From Klebsormidium nitens (Eukaryota > Plantae > Klebsormidiophyceae), in NCBI GenBank assembly GCA_000708835.1, contig DF237062.1:128095-192094 (forward strand): a stretch of DNA of 64,000 nucleotides. Reading direction: 5' to 3'. Shown here one piece after another: positions 47,559 through 60,098 of this stretch; positions within the stretch are counted from its first letter, which is position 1; the number at the start of each line of letters is the position of its first letter. The notes beneath the pieces were generated by a model, which searched no databases, was not told where the DNA came from, and worked only from the letters and a program-made list of their open reading frames with translations. Position numbers and translations under genes: made by a program.

Positions 47559-50161
47559 ATGGCGGCTTTCAAGCTCCTCTTGGTGGTGTCCCTGTGCCTG
47601 GCGGTCTCTGTCAGCGCTCAAACGCCGCGCCTGGATCCCACCATGTTTACGTGCCCCACCGGCTTCATTCCATTCGTCAGCAGCTTCCGGGATACGGATG
47701 TCGGATGTGTGCCAGACCCATGCGTCGGAGCTTGCGTCGGAGGTAAGGGCTACAAATTGGCTTGACATTGCTCTTTAGGTTGCTCATTGTTTTGGTCTTT
47801 GACTGGTTGAGGGGCAAGTTGTTTGGGCTTCTCCTGCTGCCTTTCTTGAGTTTGCAACCTTCGGGGACCGCTTGTGCCCCTGCGTTGTCTCTGCCGCAAC
47901 TGGTTGCTTTATTTCAAGGGGATGTCTGTGACTCTGTCTCTGGGTTACGTCTGACTTTGCCATGAAGCAACATGTGGTCAGAAGGTCTCTTTAGACAAAC
48001 AGTTGCGAGTGTGCAGACTGCAATCCGGATGTCTCGCATAATCAGATCCATCCAGGTCTTTTTACAATAACAACCTGTGTGGAAATATCATTCTTTTAAG
48101 AGGCTGGATCTTGAGCTGCTTGGGGGCCCTTTGTGTAGGCACATGCACGAGAAGCTCGAGAGGCGCCTCTGGCTTCAGCTTTACTGCCAACCTCTGCACC
48201 TGCCAGGCGCCTGCTGTGGTGTCGCAGATTGTAGGAAGCGACTTCTGCTATGTGCCAGGTGGGCCGCACTGCTCTGATAAACTCCCTGTCATTTTCTCGG
48301 AAACTACTTGTAGTTAGGTCGAAGGTGGAGCTCTGGATTGTCCAAGCCGGTTGCTTCTTTCGTGCGCAAAGAAAGTCGGCGGTTGATCATATTTGGTGGT
48401 TATCACCATGGTTGCAGCCCGGTTAAAAGAACTGGGAAATCAAGTCTATACACTGGGCCTGATAGCAGCTAAACCCTTCCTGCCAAAAATTGCGGACAGC
48501 GTGCCTGAAGCAATGAAGCTTGTGTCAAGTACCAGGCCGTGGCAACCTGGGCTCTGTGCCCCTTTGACTGTTCCTGAGTAAGATCTAGTACTTCTTCAGA
48601 GTTTGAACGTTCTTTAGAAGAAGCATCCATAGAGGCGCTGAGAGAGACACAGAAGAGGACAACTGTACGGAGCATTTCAGTCAGCACTTCCCTTTGGAAT
48701 GACCATCCTCAGGCAAACTTTGCTTGCGACAAGAGTCAGAAAGTTGCGAGTCAACATGAAGGTATCCACCTCTGGGTCATATAAGAGGCTATTCGCTCTG
48801 TGACATGCTGTCTTTTCGAAAAGCTCTGTACACTACATTAGGTTCTATGTTGTACCTTGTCGGGTCACTTTAGGTGCCCTCTCCTCCTATGTCCTCTCTA
48901 CCAGCTTTCGTGGTGTCAATGGCCACCTTCATACTCTTGATGTCCATTCAAGTGAAGCATCCACCTTCGCTGAGCCAATTCCGCCATTACTGCTTCCGTT
49001 CTCAAAGAGGTCTAACCAGCAACCAGATTCATTTCCACTTCATCTGGTGCTGCCACCCAGACTCCACGTCAGTCACACCAGCATGAAGCGAGACTCACTC
49101 CTGCAACTGCAACGTAATCTGCAGGCACCAACGTGTGTAACCCCAGCCCCTGCAAGAACGGTGCCACGTGTGCCCCCGTGAGGGACTTCGTCGGCCAGAT
49201 GGGAGCCTACACCTGCACCTGCCCTCGCAACTACTACGGCCGTAACTGCGACATCATGTAAGCGCCCCGCCTCAGAACTGCAAGGTTTTGCTGTTGCTAT
49301 TGTAGAGTTTTGACATTAGTCAGCACCTGCTGCACTCCAAGGGACTTTCTTTGCCATGCTTTCGCTCCTTTGACGCTTCTTGAGCCAAGGGTTTGGTTCG
49401 CTTTGCTTGGGTCCCTGCTCCTTTGGCTGCTGCAAGTTTCGTGCATCATCCAATACCTTACGAGGACTGTATCATGTGCGGCGGTTGCATTCATTTCGGA
49501 AAAGGGGACTGTGTGTGAGGCGGCCACTCAATGCTCTGCTTGCTGCGACGTTGGCACTTCGCTTCGTAAGCAGAGGTTGCATGTTCATTGATCAACTCTT
49601 GTTGTTACTCCGACCAACCCTTTTGTCCTTGTTTACAGGGGCCCGTTCCCGACCCCCACCCCCAAGGGCATGCCTGCTCCGAGCGGACGTAAGTTTTAAA
49701 GCCAGACTTTCTGTCATTCTTCCACACCTTCATGCTCTTCATGTTTTCAGCGCCCTGGATGACAAAGGCAACTCGTTTGCTAGCCTTCTTGTCCAACAAA
49801 AACGGGTAATATAGTTGTTTTTACTTGAGCAATTTGCAATTGGCGATGCAACACGGTAGATCGGCCCTGCATCCGTTTAGGGTGTTGCCGGGCATGAAGA
49901 GGACCAAGCAGTGCGAAAGCCAGAATAACCAAAGTCGGTTCAATCATTTCGGCGCTGTTTCAGGGCCGTTCCGATACTCCTAGCTTGTGAATTCCGAGCG
50001 GGAATGATTATAAATCAGCATTTGTAGAACATATGAAGCGCGGCGGATGGGGAATCTTTGCTCTCAGGTCCTTCGCTTTAACACCTCCAGCAGCTTTGGA
50101 GACTCAACCCTATGCTCTACCTCTTCTTGCAGCGGCAGCGGATCCTTACACGACCTTCTAA
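47559..50161 (+). CDS. Small secreted Cys-rich protein with an EGF-like domain (~171 aa)
   Basis: Phase-consistent exons 47559-47742, 48139-48258, 49125-49257, 49639-49688 and 50133-50161. Signal peptide MAAFKLLLVVSLCLAVSVSA; EGF motif CNPSPCKNGATC...YTCTCPRNYYGRNC; Pro/Thr-rich tail. Confidence 0.82.
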
Positions 50162-51008
50162 GACGCCTAACCCCGCCGGTAGCCTCCAATTAAAGCTGAG
50201 ATTTGAAACAGGATTTTGCGGCTTCATTGACCAGATGAGGAGAGTATCATCGGTTGTTTAGCAACCTTGAATTTATTTAATTGATTTGGATTAAAGTAAT
50301 TTGATTTGATTGTCGCCTAACCTTAGCTGAATGGTCGCAGACCGCCAGCTTAAGTTATCTAGAAATAAGGATACGGGGAAGAGAACAACGTGTCCGCCAG
50401 AGTCCGAGATGCTAATCTACTGTCAGATCGAGTCTGGTTTGAGTAGCTAGTGTAATGTCGCTTTGCTGATGTCGAGAATAATTGCAAACAGACAGGTGCG
50501 TTCTAGGACATTTGCCTTGTTTACTCGTCTTGCTTATCATTGATACCTGATCTGTTCCATTTTATCCATTGGTAAAGTCGGAATTGGCTGTTTGGCTGCA
50601 CTGTGATACGATTGATCGACATGAATCGCATTTTCGGTGCAAAGCGGAACTTGCGATCAGGCTCGTGCCTCATGTCAGCGTTCAAGGCCGCAATTGCGTC
50701 GAGTGAAATTATGGTGGTCCGAGATCTCCGTTCTGGTTCGACGCCGTCGTCGATCAAATTCTATAAGGTACTTAGGAATCGATAGCTCCTTATTCCCCAA
50801 AACTCATGCAAATGCTTGCAACTCTATGTTGTGTAATTCAAAACCATTTTCGCTTGAGCACTTGGTACTTGCATGCGCATCAGCGCGTCGGCCCTCCATA
50901 CGCTTGTAGTTTATCTTTTGCGCAAGCTTTGTTGCTAGATAATTAACTCTGTGGCTCCCTTATGATTATATGAAGAACATGACCATGTTCGGAACGCGAT
51001 CGTCATCA

Positions 51009-51054
51009 TTGGATCATCTCGCGAGATGATCCAAGGCGCACGCGCGCGTGCGCC
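51009..51054. repeat. Two abutting perfect palindromes (26 bp + 20 bp)
   Basis: TTGGATCATCTCGCGAGATGATCCAA (51009-34) is immediately followed by GGCGCACGCGCGCGTGCGCC (51035-54). Confidence 0.95.
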
Positions 51055-51717
51055 GCTTCATGTTCGTTTATGTGCATCTCCGAAACTACTAACAACTGGA
51101 TCGGCTGCCTGCACGTATATACACTTGGGGTTTTGGTGACGTAGCTGCAATCTATCCTCTCCTTGGTGGACGTGGTTTGTATGTAAGTGCACATGAGGTA
51201 TCGTACGCCAGGGCCGCCCATTGATGGCTTTCAAATAGCTTAAGTGCAACTCATATTTGAATATGTAATATGCAACTTAAGATCTTAAGTTACATGCACT
51301 AGCTTAGGCTGCATCGCTTGGACTCACACATGCCAAAATAGCAATCCTCATGCTAGACCACATATGGTTCGTCGCATGTCAGCGTGGAGGCACGAAGTTG
51401 AGCTTATGAAATCTGTATGTAAGACTCAAATTGAGTACACGACATGCTGCATAAGAGTGCATGCATCCGAAAATCGTAGAATCGGGCCTTCTTCAGATTT
51501 ATGTAATTCTTTCATTCATAACAAAGTCTGCTATTCAGTGTACTACATTCAAACCGCAACAGGTTGACTTGACGTACGTATTCAGTTTCTATAAACGCTC
51601 TATCTCCAGGTGACCAGGTCTTTCAAACTCCAATGGTTGCCTCCGCCTGACGAAGATGGCAGAACGTGCAAAGCTCATCAGCGTACAGTCGGTTCCGCTT
51701 TCAACGAATCCGGTTCC

Positions 51718-52747
51718 CTAGAAGCCAGCAAACTTCGCCAGCTCTACTGTTCCAACGGGCAGTTGGTAGCTCGCACACTTCAGCGTCACATGGCCTAGGT
51801 TTTCCTTCCACTGAGATGACAGAGCCGCGGTGGCGGCCGCGCCACCGGCATGAAGCACGAGAAAGACCAGCAGCTTCTTGAAGGGTTTGGCGGCCGCGGG
51901 TGAGCCGCCGAACCAGTCCCAGGTACCTGAACGGCGGCGCTCAGGGAGGAGCCCCTGGCGCAGAATGCAGTCGACGTTGGCCTCCGGCGTCCCGTGAAAC
52001 ACGGACTGCAGCGGGGCGATGTCGCCCCAGGCGTCCTTGTACCGCGCGGGCCTTGGCTCCAGCTGCGGAAGGAACAGAGATTTCGTGTGCCAGCTGGCAT
52101 GGAGCCGTCAGACTTTGGCCACGTCAGTGACCGAGCTGACGATTCCCACGAACTTTCGTACTATGTCGGAAAATCAATTCTGGCTCGTATACAAGATGGC
52201 GTAGCAAAAATGGCACGAGAGGATGTTTCGGTTCGAAATTGCTGGGACGTTGTCACTGCTCCTCGAAGCGCCATCCAAACGCAAAGATGACTTGAATCAA
52301 AACGCATCCCAGATGCGACCATTAGACCGTAAAGACTTTCAACTCACAGCTTGCCACCTGCGTATCCAACCAAGACTAGTAAAAATGGCTCAGGACCCGC
52401 TCTTAAGCCAAGTGTCACTATTTGGTGGAGAGACCTGACACGCTTGTCTAAGTTCAGCTCTCGCTTTCAGAAGTTCGCCAATTCAGAATAAGAGACGAAA
52501 AAGGTCGATTACTCATCATTGACTGTTTGATGATACCAGTTACAAAGGTGCGACGGCGCATTACCAACGTACCTTCCAAAATGAGGCGGTTCTCGTGCAG
52601 CCGAGCAAGGAAACGGTCGCGGAGGGTCCCGGACAGAGCGTGGGGGTTGCGCACAAAGGAGGACGGCCAGACGTAGCCGGACCAGCGGGACAGGTACTGT
52701 TGAACGAAGTCTTCGGACAGGATGTGCGCGAGCATGTCCTCCATTTC
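51718..52747 (-). CDS. PARP/ADP-ribosyltransferase catalytic-like domain protein, last two exons (5' part unresolved)
   Basis: Exons 52747-52565 and 52062-51718 (phase 0; donor GTAATG). Translation: FVRNPHALSGTLRDRFLARL...QSVFHGTPEANVDCILRQGLLPERRRSGTWDWFG...KKLLVFLVL. The FHGT...I..GL motif is typical of the PARP fold. Confidence 0.6.
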
Positions 52748-54605
52748 CTGCTTGTAAGGTGAAGCAGATAATCCTGAGTATCAGAAGATTGCCCACAAAC
52801 AGAAACTAGGGTGATAGATTTGCACGTTGAAGTCAAGTCTATCCGCGGGAGCAGCGTAGAGCTCAGCTTGATGTCTTGTACAAACTTTGGAACTTCGCAA
52901 AGGGTCCGGGTCAAGTGTTGCCACACGCTTCAGTTTTGGAGGACGTCTGCTCGAAGTCAAGGAGGCTCGTTCTAGCTATTTGCCCGTTGGAAAGGTCAAT
53001 AAAGATCCAGAGGTTGCAAGGTGGGCAGAAAATTCAGCAGGGCGTAGTTAAACATTGCTTTGATCCATGCAATGCTCACCTTCTTCATTTCGTCCTGCTC
53101 CTACTTCACGGAAACCGATCCCATCGCAGCAAACTGCAACTTATAAATCTTGAGTACTTGGTTCGGTGGGGCTAGGTATCATACTTTTTCTGCCACAAGG
53201 GTGCAAATCAAACGGCTTACGAGACTGTCATCTAAGTTTAAAAATGAAGCGACTGATCAATATCTGACCAACCATGATCTGAAGTACGCGCAACGGGATC
53301 CCCCCCGTTCCCCTTGCCTGAATATGTTGCCTTCTTACAAAAGTACCTTTGGGAAACTAGGTATAGCATGATGAACATGGTCCATCAGAGGCACGTGATT
53401 ATATAGTTCCGAGTCTCGCTCTGACCAATTTTTACATTTCGCTCAGCAGCAATGCTGCAACGTCATGATGAAAGGTGCTGGGTGGAGTACTCCGAGCCGG
53501 ACCCGACCAGTCTCAGGCCTGCAGAGGGCTTCCGTGCCTCCGCTTTCTAAATGGATCAGGTTCATCCAGCTCAAAGTTTTGTCTCAATAACTCAACATTG
53601 GCAAGAGTTGCCCGGAGCTGTTATGTCCTCACCTTTTACCAGCGCCCACAACTTGAGTGCTTAGACGGAGAAAAGTGGCCCAAGAGAAGGACAAGACCAG
53701 TTACGCTGGAGTACGGTCTGTCCGATTCAATCCGGCGCTGCTGGCACAGCCGATTGTCCGTTAAACCGCTTGGTGGTTCGATTCGAAGAAACAAAGGATT
53801 GGTCTCTGGAATGTGGGCGGTGGGCAAAGCTGCTAGCTGCTAAGCTAGAGAGCTTGAGTTGTGAAGTAAGGCGGCTTCTTTCTTGCCAAAATAGAAAAAT
53901 ACTACGGTGAGTGCGTGCTTACTACGCGTCTCCTGGCAAAGCTGTAATCATGTAATCACCACTGAACTCCCAGGATTGCTGCAATCTGGGTACAAGCCAT
54001 TGATACTCTTCCCGTACGTCAGCCTCTACAGTCGTCTTACACTGGGGCCCCTCCGCAATGTCAAGAGGACCACTGGTCCACGGCTCTGTTTGCTTAGTGT
54101 GGGGGCTTCGGGGGGTCCACGAACTACATCAATGAAATCCGGGAGGCGCTTCGCCCCCCAACCGGTGCAGTAGGCGGCGCCAGTCTGCATGCAAGCACTA
54201 AGATAGGCCGTTCTGCAAGAATGTCAACCCCATGAATCACTGGTTGACGAGTGAGGCACTGGCTTCTGCCCCGCTTCTGCATGTCGGATCTTCCGATGAT
54301 CTACTGTAGCAAGTGCTTTCGATCTTTGTGGTTGGAGACGGAATGTGAGAGGCCAAGACTAGAGCTCTGAATTAAAGGAGGGATCAGCATTTGAAGGCAT
54401 GCATCCAGAGCATCTGAACTATCTGGTCGACAGCGATGAACCTGCATCGAGTCTCGACCGTACGATCGTCGCTATGCCAATCTCATCGACGGAGTTTAAT
54501 GATTAATCGAAGCCTGAGGTAGCGGGTTGCCACCCTCGATCTGCTCTTCAATTTGCAGGGGCAGCAAGCGCAAGCCTGCCACAGCTACCGAGCTAGCCAG
54601 ATTTG

Positions 54606-55261
54606 NNNNNNNNNNNNNNNNNNNNNNNNNNNNNNNNNNNNNNNNNNNNNNNNNNNNNNNNNNNNNNNNNNNNNNNNNNNNNNNNNNNNNNNNNNNNNNN
54701 NNNNNNNNNNNNNNNNNNNNNNNNNNNNNNNNNNNNNNNNNNNNNNNNNNNNNNNNNNNNNNNNNNNNNNNNNNNNNNNNNNNNNNNNNNNNNNNNNNNN
54801 NNNNNNNNNNNNNNNNNNNNNNNNNNNNNNNNNNNNNNNNNNNNNNNNNNNNNNNNNNNNNNNNNNNNNNNNNNNNNNNNNNNNNNNNNNNNNNNNNNNN
54901 NNNNNNNNNNNNNNNNNNNNNNNNNNNNNNNNNNNNNNNNNNNNNNNNNNNNNNNNNNNNNNNNNNNNNNNNNNNNNNNNNNNNNNNNNNNNNNNNNNNN
55001 NNNNNNNNNNNNNNNNNNNNNNNNNNNNNNNNNNNNNNNNNNNNNNNNNNNNNNNNNNNNNNNNNNNNNNNNNNNNNNNNNNNNNNNNNNNNNNNNNNNN
55101 NNNNNNNNNNNNNNNNNNNNNNNNNNNNNNNNNNNNNNNNNNNNNNNNNNNNNNNNNNNNNNNNNNNNNNNNNNNNNNNNNNNNNNNNNNNNNNNNNNNN
55201 NNNNNNNNNNNNNNNNNNNNNNNNNNNNNNNNNNNNNNNNNNNNNNNNNNNNNNNNNNNNN
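54606..55261. other. Assembly gap (656 N)
   Basis: Run of N in the sequence. Confidence 1.
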
Positions 55262-55620
55262 TAGCCAGATTTGAAGAAGGTAGCTGCAGCATACCTATAT
55301 GCTTCAACACCTTCCTAGGATTGCGCAATGGGTGCCAATTGCACTAAATCATAATAGCGGCATTTAAAAGCTGAAGGTCCTAGGAACCTTTCTAGGAACC
55401 TAGCCTGCACGGTCCTTCTCATCTTTTGATCCCAGGGTTTTATCCTTTGCGGGCAGGGCCAACAATTGAGCTGGCTGGCCTGTCTGCAAAAGTTGCACGA
55501 GCCAGAGCTTTCCGTAAGGGGGTCAATGGAGAGTTTCTGCTGCACAGCATTGCAGCAATTCTGAGTCTCTGGCGCTCGACGCTGCTCATGCTACTGGCGC
55601 CCCAGCGCTGACTTCAACAG

Positions 55621-58600
55621 ATGCACGGCGTCAAGCTCCCCCGCCTTACCACCACCAGCAGCGGCAACCACTCTAAGCAACCGCACCGGCGGGGCCCCTC
55701 TTACTCAAAGCGGCGCGCCCCACTTCGGCGATGGATCCGCCGGCTGGGGGGGTGCACCGTCTGTTGCGCCTCCGTCATTCTTTTTCTGCTGATGTCAGCA
55801 GTGGTCTTTCTAGCTGTGAAGAGTTGGCCGGGTGCGGCTGTGAGCTCAGCTTTTGATTTAGGAACCGATGAGAGTCCCGCCAATGTGTGGAGGCGGGGAG
55901 GGGAGCGGGGGGGGGAACATGATGCAGAGGAGTGGGGGGGTGGGGAAATCGCAAAAGGGCTGGACCTGGGGGCATACACGGCCATGGTGGGGGGCGATGT
56001 CGCTCCTCCAAGTGAGCCGAGCGGTTCAAGTGTTGTTGTCGCCCAGTGTGCTGCTTTATTCGGCACAACGTCCAGCAATCTGGCATTTGTTTTGAGCAGA
56101 TTGGAGATGACTCTGTTTCCCCTGAAAAGATGATTTTCCAAGAGATGGAGCAGACTGATAGGCTGTGAAGGTTTTTCTAGACAAACTGAGCTCAAAACTG
56201 CTCCTTGCATGAAAACCATTGGCCAAGTCTGGCTCATAAAGTAACTTCAGCACACAGAGAATGACTCAAAACGGAGATGCTCGCAATTGCTCATATTTCC
56301 ATTCTTAGAAGGGTCACTCAAAGCCTAAGCAACTGAGAGGCTTGCGAAATGTCTGGGCCCTGCAGCCTCCATAGCCGACTTGGGCCTCCCAGTCCCCCTG
56401 CGCATCTATGTATACGAGCTTCCCCCTTCATTCAATGTGGACTTCCTGCGCAACCCCAGATGCGCCAGCCACCTGTTTGCTGCTGAGGTACGCACTGTTA
56501 TATTGGTCGAGTAAGCTTTTCCTGTGCGTGAAGCAAACTGAAGGTCGAATTTGGCTGATGTTTCCCAACCAGATCTGTCGCTTGTAGTCGCATACAAACC
56601 TGACTTACGCTCCTTGGAGGTGTGACCAGCTCTTGTTTTTAAGAGCGCCTCCTATATTGGCACACTCTAGAAGGTGATCCAGCTTCCTCATTTGCACCAA
56701 CGATAGAGGTGCTGCCCTACCGGTGAGTGCAAATAGGCAGACGTGTCCTACTTTGTATTAAGTAAAGCGAGGACCAGTGTCTTCATTGTTCCTTTGCACT
56801 CAGGCACTTTATTCAAACACATCCTGAGCGGAGAGCTAGTGATAGGAGCACAAGTTGGTTCATGAACCGGTGCTCAGGTAGAGGTTTCACTGCTTGATCA
56901 TATTGAACCTGCGGGTTCCAGGATCCAATATTTGCCTCCTCAGGGTATTGAGAAGTAACCCAGATGTGGCTCCCGACCCCTGAGATCCCTTGAAAAACAT
57001 CGTTTGGGTACAAGTATCAGAGTTCGATGTGTAGACTGCCCTAGCTAGCCAGTTCTTCATGTTCTGTCTTCGTTGATCAACAATTACCCACTTTCTCAAG
57101 CTGAACCTTTCTGCAGGTCGCCATTCACCGGGCACTGCTGCAAAGCCCCGTCCGCACCCTCCAGCCCGCCGAGGCCGACTTCTTCTTTGTCCCCGTTTAC
57201 ACCGCCTGCAACTTCAACACCGAAAACGGGTTCCCGAACCTGTCTGGGGCCCCGGAACAATTGCGCACCGCTGTCGAGCTTCTCGCGGCCGAGTACCAGT
57301 ACTGGAACCGCACGAACGGACGGGACCACGTGTTTGTGGCCACGCACGATTTTGGGGCGTGCTTTCACGCCATGGTGAGGTCCGCCGTCGTCCTCTTATT
57401 GTGTATTACTCTGAGAATTTGCCGTCGGAAAACGGCTTGAGACCCATCAGCCCGGCCCTCCGGCTGAACTCAGGCTGTAGGACGCCTCGATCGGGTTGCA
57501 TGGAACCTGATGCCCCTCGGGTCGGGCACATTGCGACCCGACCCGAATTTTGCCCGAGATCCCGACCGATGTTGGCACCTCCGGCAGCTGCTAAATTTGG
57601 GCAGTGTAACCAATATGGCATGCCGATCGGGCTTGAGTCGTCTCGCTTGGACGCTTTCCACGCTCAAGTGTGACAACCCTATCAGCCTCCACTTGCTCTA
57701 TCCTTACTTTCTTTCCTGCATGAACGTTTTTGTTCGTTCTGCTCTCCTGGTCAAGCTTCGTCTGTGTAGCTTTTTGTCTTTTTCATCACTGCAAGTTCTT
57801 CCTTTCTCGCTGAGTTGTCGAGCTTTCCAACTGTCCGCAGCTGGTCGTTCCAGCAAGTGAGAGGAATCGATTCGTTGACCAACGCAGGACTTCTCGTAGC
57901 AACGCTGGATCTGAGATCAATGAACCATCAATTGCTGGTCATCAAAGAGTTGCTGTGTTGGCGCTAGCCATCCGCCTTCTGCAATCTGTGAAGTTCCACA
58001 AGCTTGTTGCTCGGCTGCAAGGGGCTTTACCGGAGCCTTGTTGGAGCTTAACGAGAACTGAATCGAAGCTTAAGAGAGCTTGATCAGATTGCAAGTAGAC
58101 CGTTCGCACCCCCCTCTGCAGGAAAAGGCAGCCGTCCAGGCGGGGGTCCCTCAATTCCTCAGAAACAGCATCATTCTGCAGACGTTCGGCCAGACGAACA
58201 ACCACCCGTGTCAGGTATGCAGACAAAGCCTTACCTCGTCGTTTCTTCTTGCTTCTGAGAACATCTCTTGTTCGGCTTTGGCAAGTGGATCAAAGTAAAG
58301 GTGGTCAGAGGGTTCGCAGGCGTTAAGCTTACCGTCGTCCTTGATCCTGCTCGAGCGTTTGGCGTTTCTCTCGGCCATGTTTTCAAGACAATCTCCTGAG
58401 GCCAATCCGTCAAATCTGGTTTGAGAAAGTTCTGTGCAGATTGCATCCAACTCATCCAAGCTACCTCCTCCAACTCAGGACATCATTGAAACATCCAAGA
58501 TTTTGCAGGACGTCGACCACATCCAGATCCCTCCTTACGTCCCCTCGCCCCTCGTTCTCGCCAACTGGCAGCCCCCCGAATCGCAGAACCGGACGATATT

Positions 58601-59479
58601 CGCGTACATGAGCGGCAAAATCGAGGTGCATCCGAAAGAGAGCGTGTCCGGTGACGTGTACGGACGCGCGGTTCGGACCGGGATCTGGAAGCGGTTCCAC
58701 CGGGATAAGCGGTTTCTCATACGAAGGAAGCGGCCGGAGGCGTATTACGAGGAGATGCTGCACGCGCGCTTCTGCTTATGCCCCAGGGGGTGGGTTATAT
58801 TTTGTTTAGGCGCTCTGCCTTGCGGAAGTTTTAGCGCTTGTTTCCTGATTATCGCTCATTTTTGTCATTCCTGGAAGAGCGACACTCGATGGAAGACGTC
58901 GTTTCCGACACTGGACCTTGGGAAGTTGATAGAAGACTCCCAAAGTCTTTCACGCGGGCTATTTGAAGGGACGGAGTTGCGTGCATCTTGTATGCTGGCC
59001 AATATCCTGTAGTACTGGATTTTTACTTTACTCGTTTGCGGAGCCGAGTGGCGCTAACACGCACCTGAGCGGACAACTCCACTTCCATAAGAAAGTCAAG
59101 GATTGTTACATTTTGTGTTTTCGGACTGATCGTGTTTGTTCGTGCTCGCAGGTGGGCCCCTTGGAGCCCCCGGATCGTGGAGAGCGTCCTCTTCGGATGC
59201 ATCCCGGTGATCATCGCCGACCACATCAAGCTGCCGTTTGACGACTTGCTCAACTGGCCGGCCATGGGACTGATTCTGCAAGAGAATGAGGTTCCGAATC
59301 TAGCGACTATTCTCGAAAGTCTGTCGGAGGATAGAGTTGCGTCTATGCAGCGTGAGTTGTGGCGGGCTGAGGTGAGGCGGACGCTGCTGTTTCTGGAACC
59401 TTCGGTCAGGGGGGATGCCACGTGGCAGATACTAGACGCTTTAGCAAAGAAAAAGATGGAGAGAGACAAATTGCAATAA
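55621..59479 (+). CDS. IRX7: GT47/exostosin glycosyltransferase, IRX7/FRA8 (F8H)-like
   Basis: Exons: 55621-56011, 56366-56487, 57117-57374, 58122-58214, 58509-58789, 59152-59479 (490 aa). It has a type II TM anchor and the motifs RIYVYELP, RCASHLFAAEVAIH, ADFFFVPVYTACNF, DHVFVATHDFGACFHAM, RNSIILQTFG, FCLCPRGWAPWSPRIVES and EGDATWQILDAL-like RGDATWQILDAL. Confidence 0.9.
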
Positions 59480-60098
59480 GGTGCACATGAGTCCTCATGC
59501 CGGTTGCCAAGCATACATCTGATGCAGACGCAGCTATTGTCCGCATTCAGCATGCATGCCTCTGATTGCATGCGTCATGCTCGCAATACCATGGCCAGTC
59601 ATGTTCATGCCATGCATGATGTTTCCGTGCAAAAGAGCGCTTAAGATTGTGCGTGCCCCTGCGTGTCTAAGTCGGACCGTGCGTGCGGATTGCTCTCTTA
59701 CATCAACGCATATGTGCAAGTAAGAAGATAGATTTCAGGTGCACGCTAGCTTCCTCGAGAGTCATAAGAATTGATGATGTTGACAAAAAGCTGCATGCGC
59801 CGGACAGCTTCCTAGCACCTGTGTCTAAAACACCGGCCTGGGTTGACACGCAGTTTGGACTACCACTGCATTCTGTGCTACTAAATTACAAACCCAGTAC
59901 ATTTTGCGTGCTCTGCTGTATGAAATAGGGGGCAACAACGGCCTGTCTCTGCAGGAATCGACCGTCCATGGCAATCGTTATGCGTATCTCTCTGGGCATA
60001 CGCCCTGTTCATAGAAAAGACACCTGTCAACTGGAGAGTAGGTACCTTCCCAAGCAACAACTGCCTGTAAAAGCGACGCTCCACAGCAAAACGGTCTC

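Noticed and set aside
50521-50757. 78-aa minus-strand ORF (…LDAIAALNADMRHEPDRKFRFAPKMRF…) preceded by an AG
   Set aside because: It looks protein-like but has no identifiable family and no upstream exon that could be linked with confidence.
54527-55347. 200+ aa ORFs across the N run
   Set aside because: Artefacts of translating the assembly gap.
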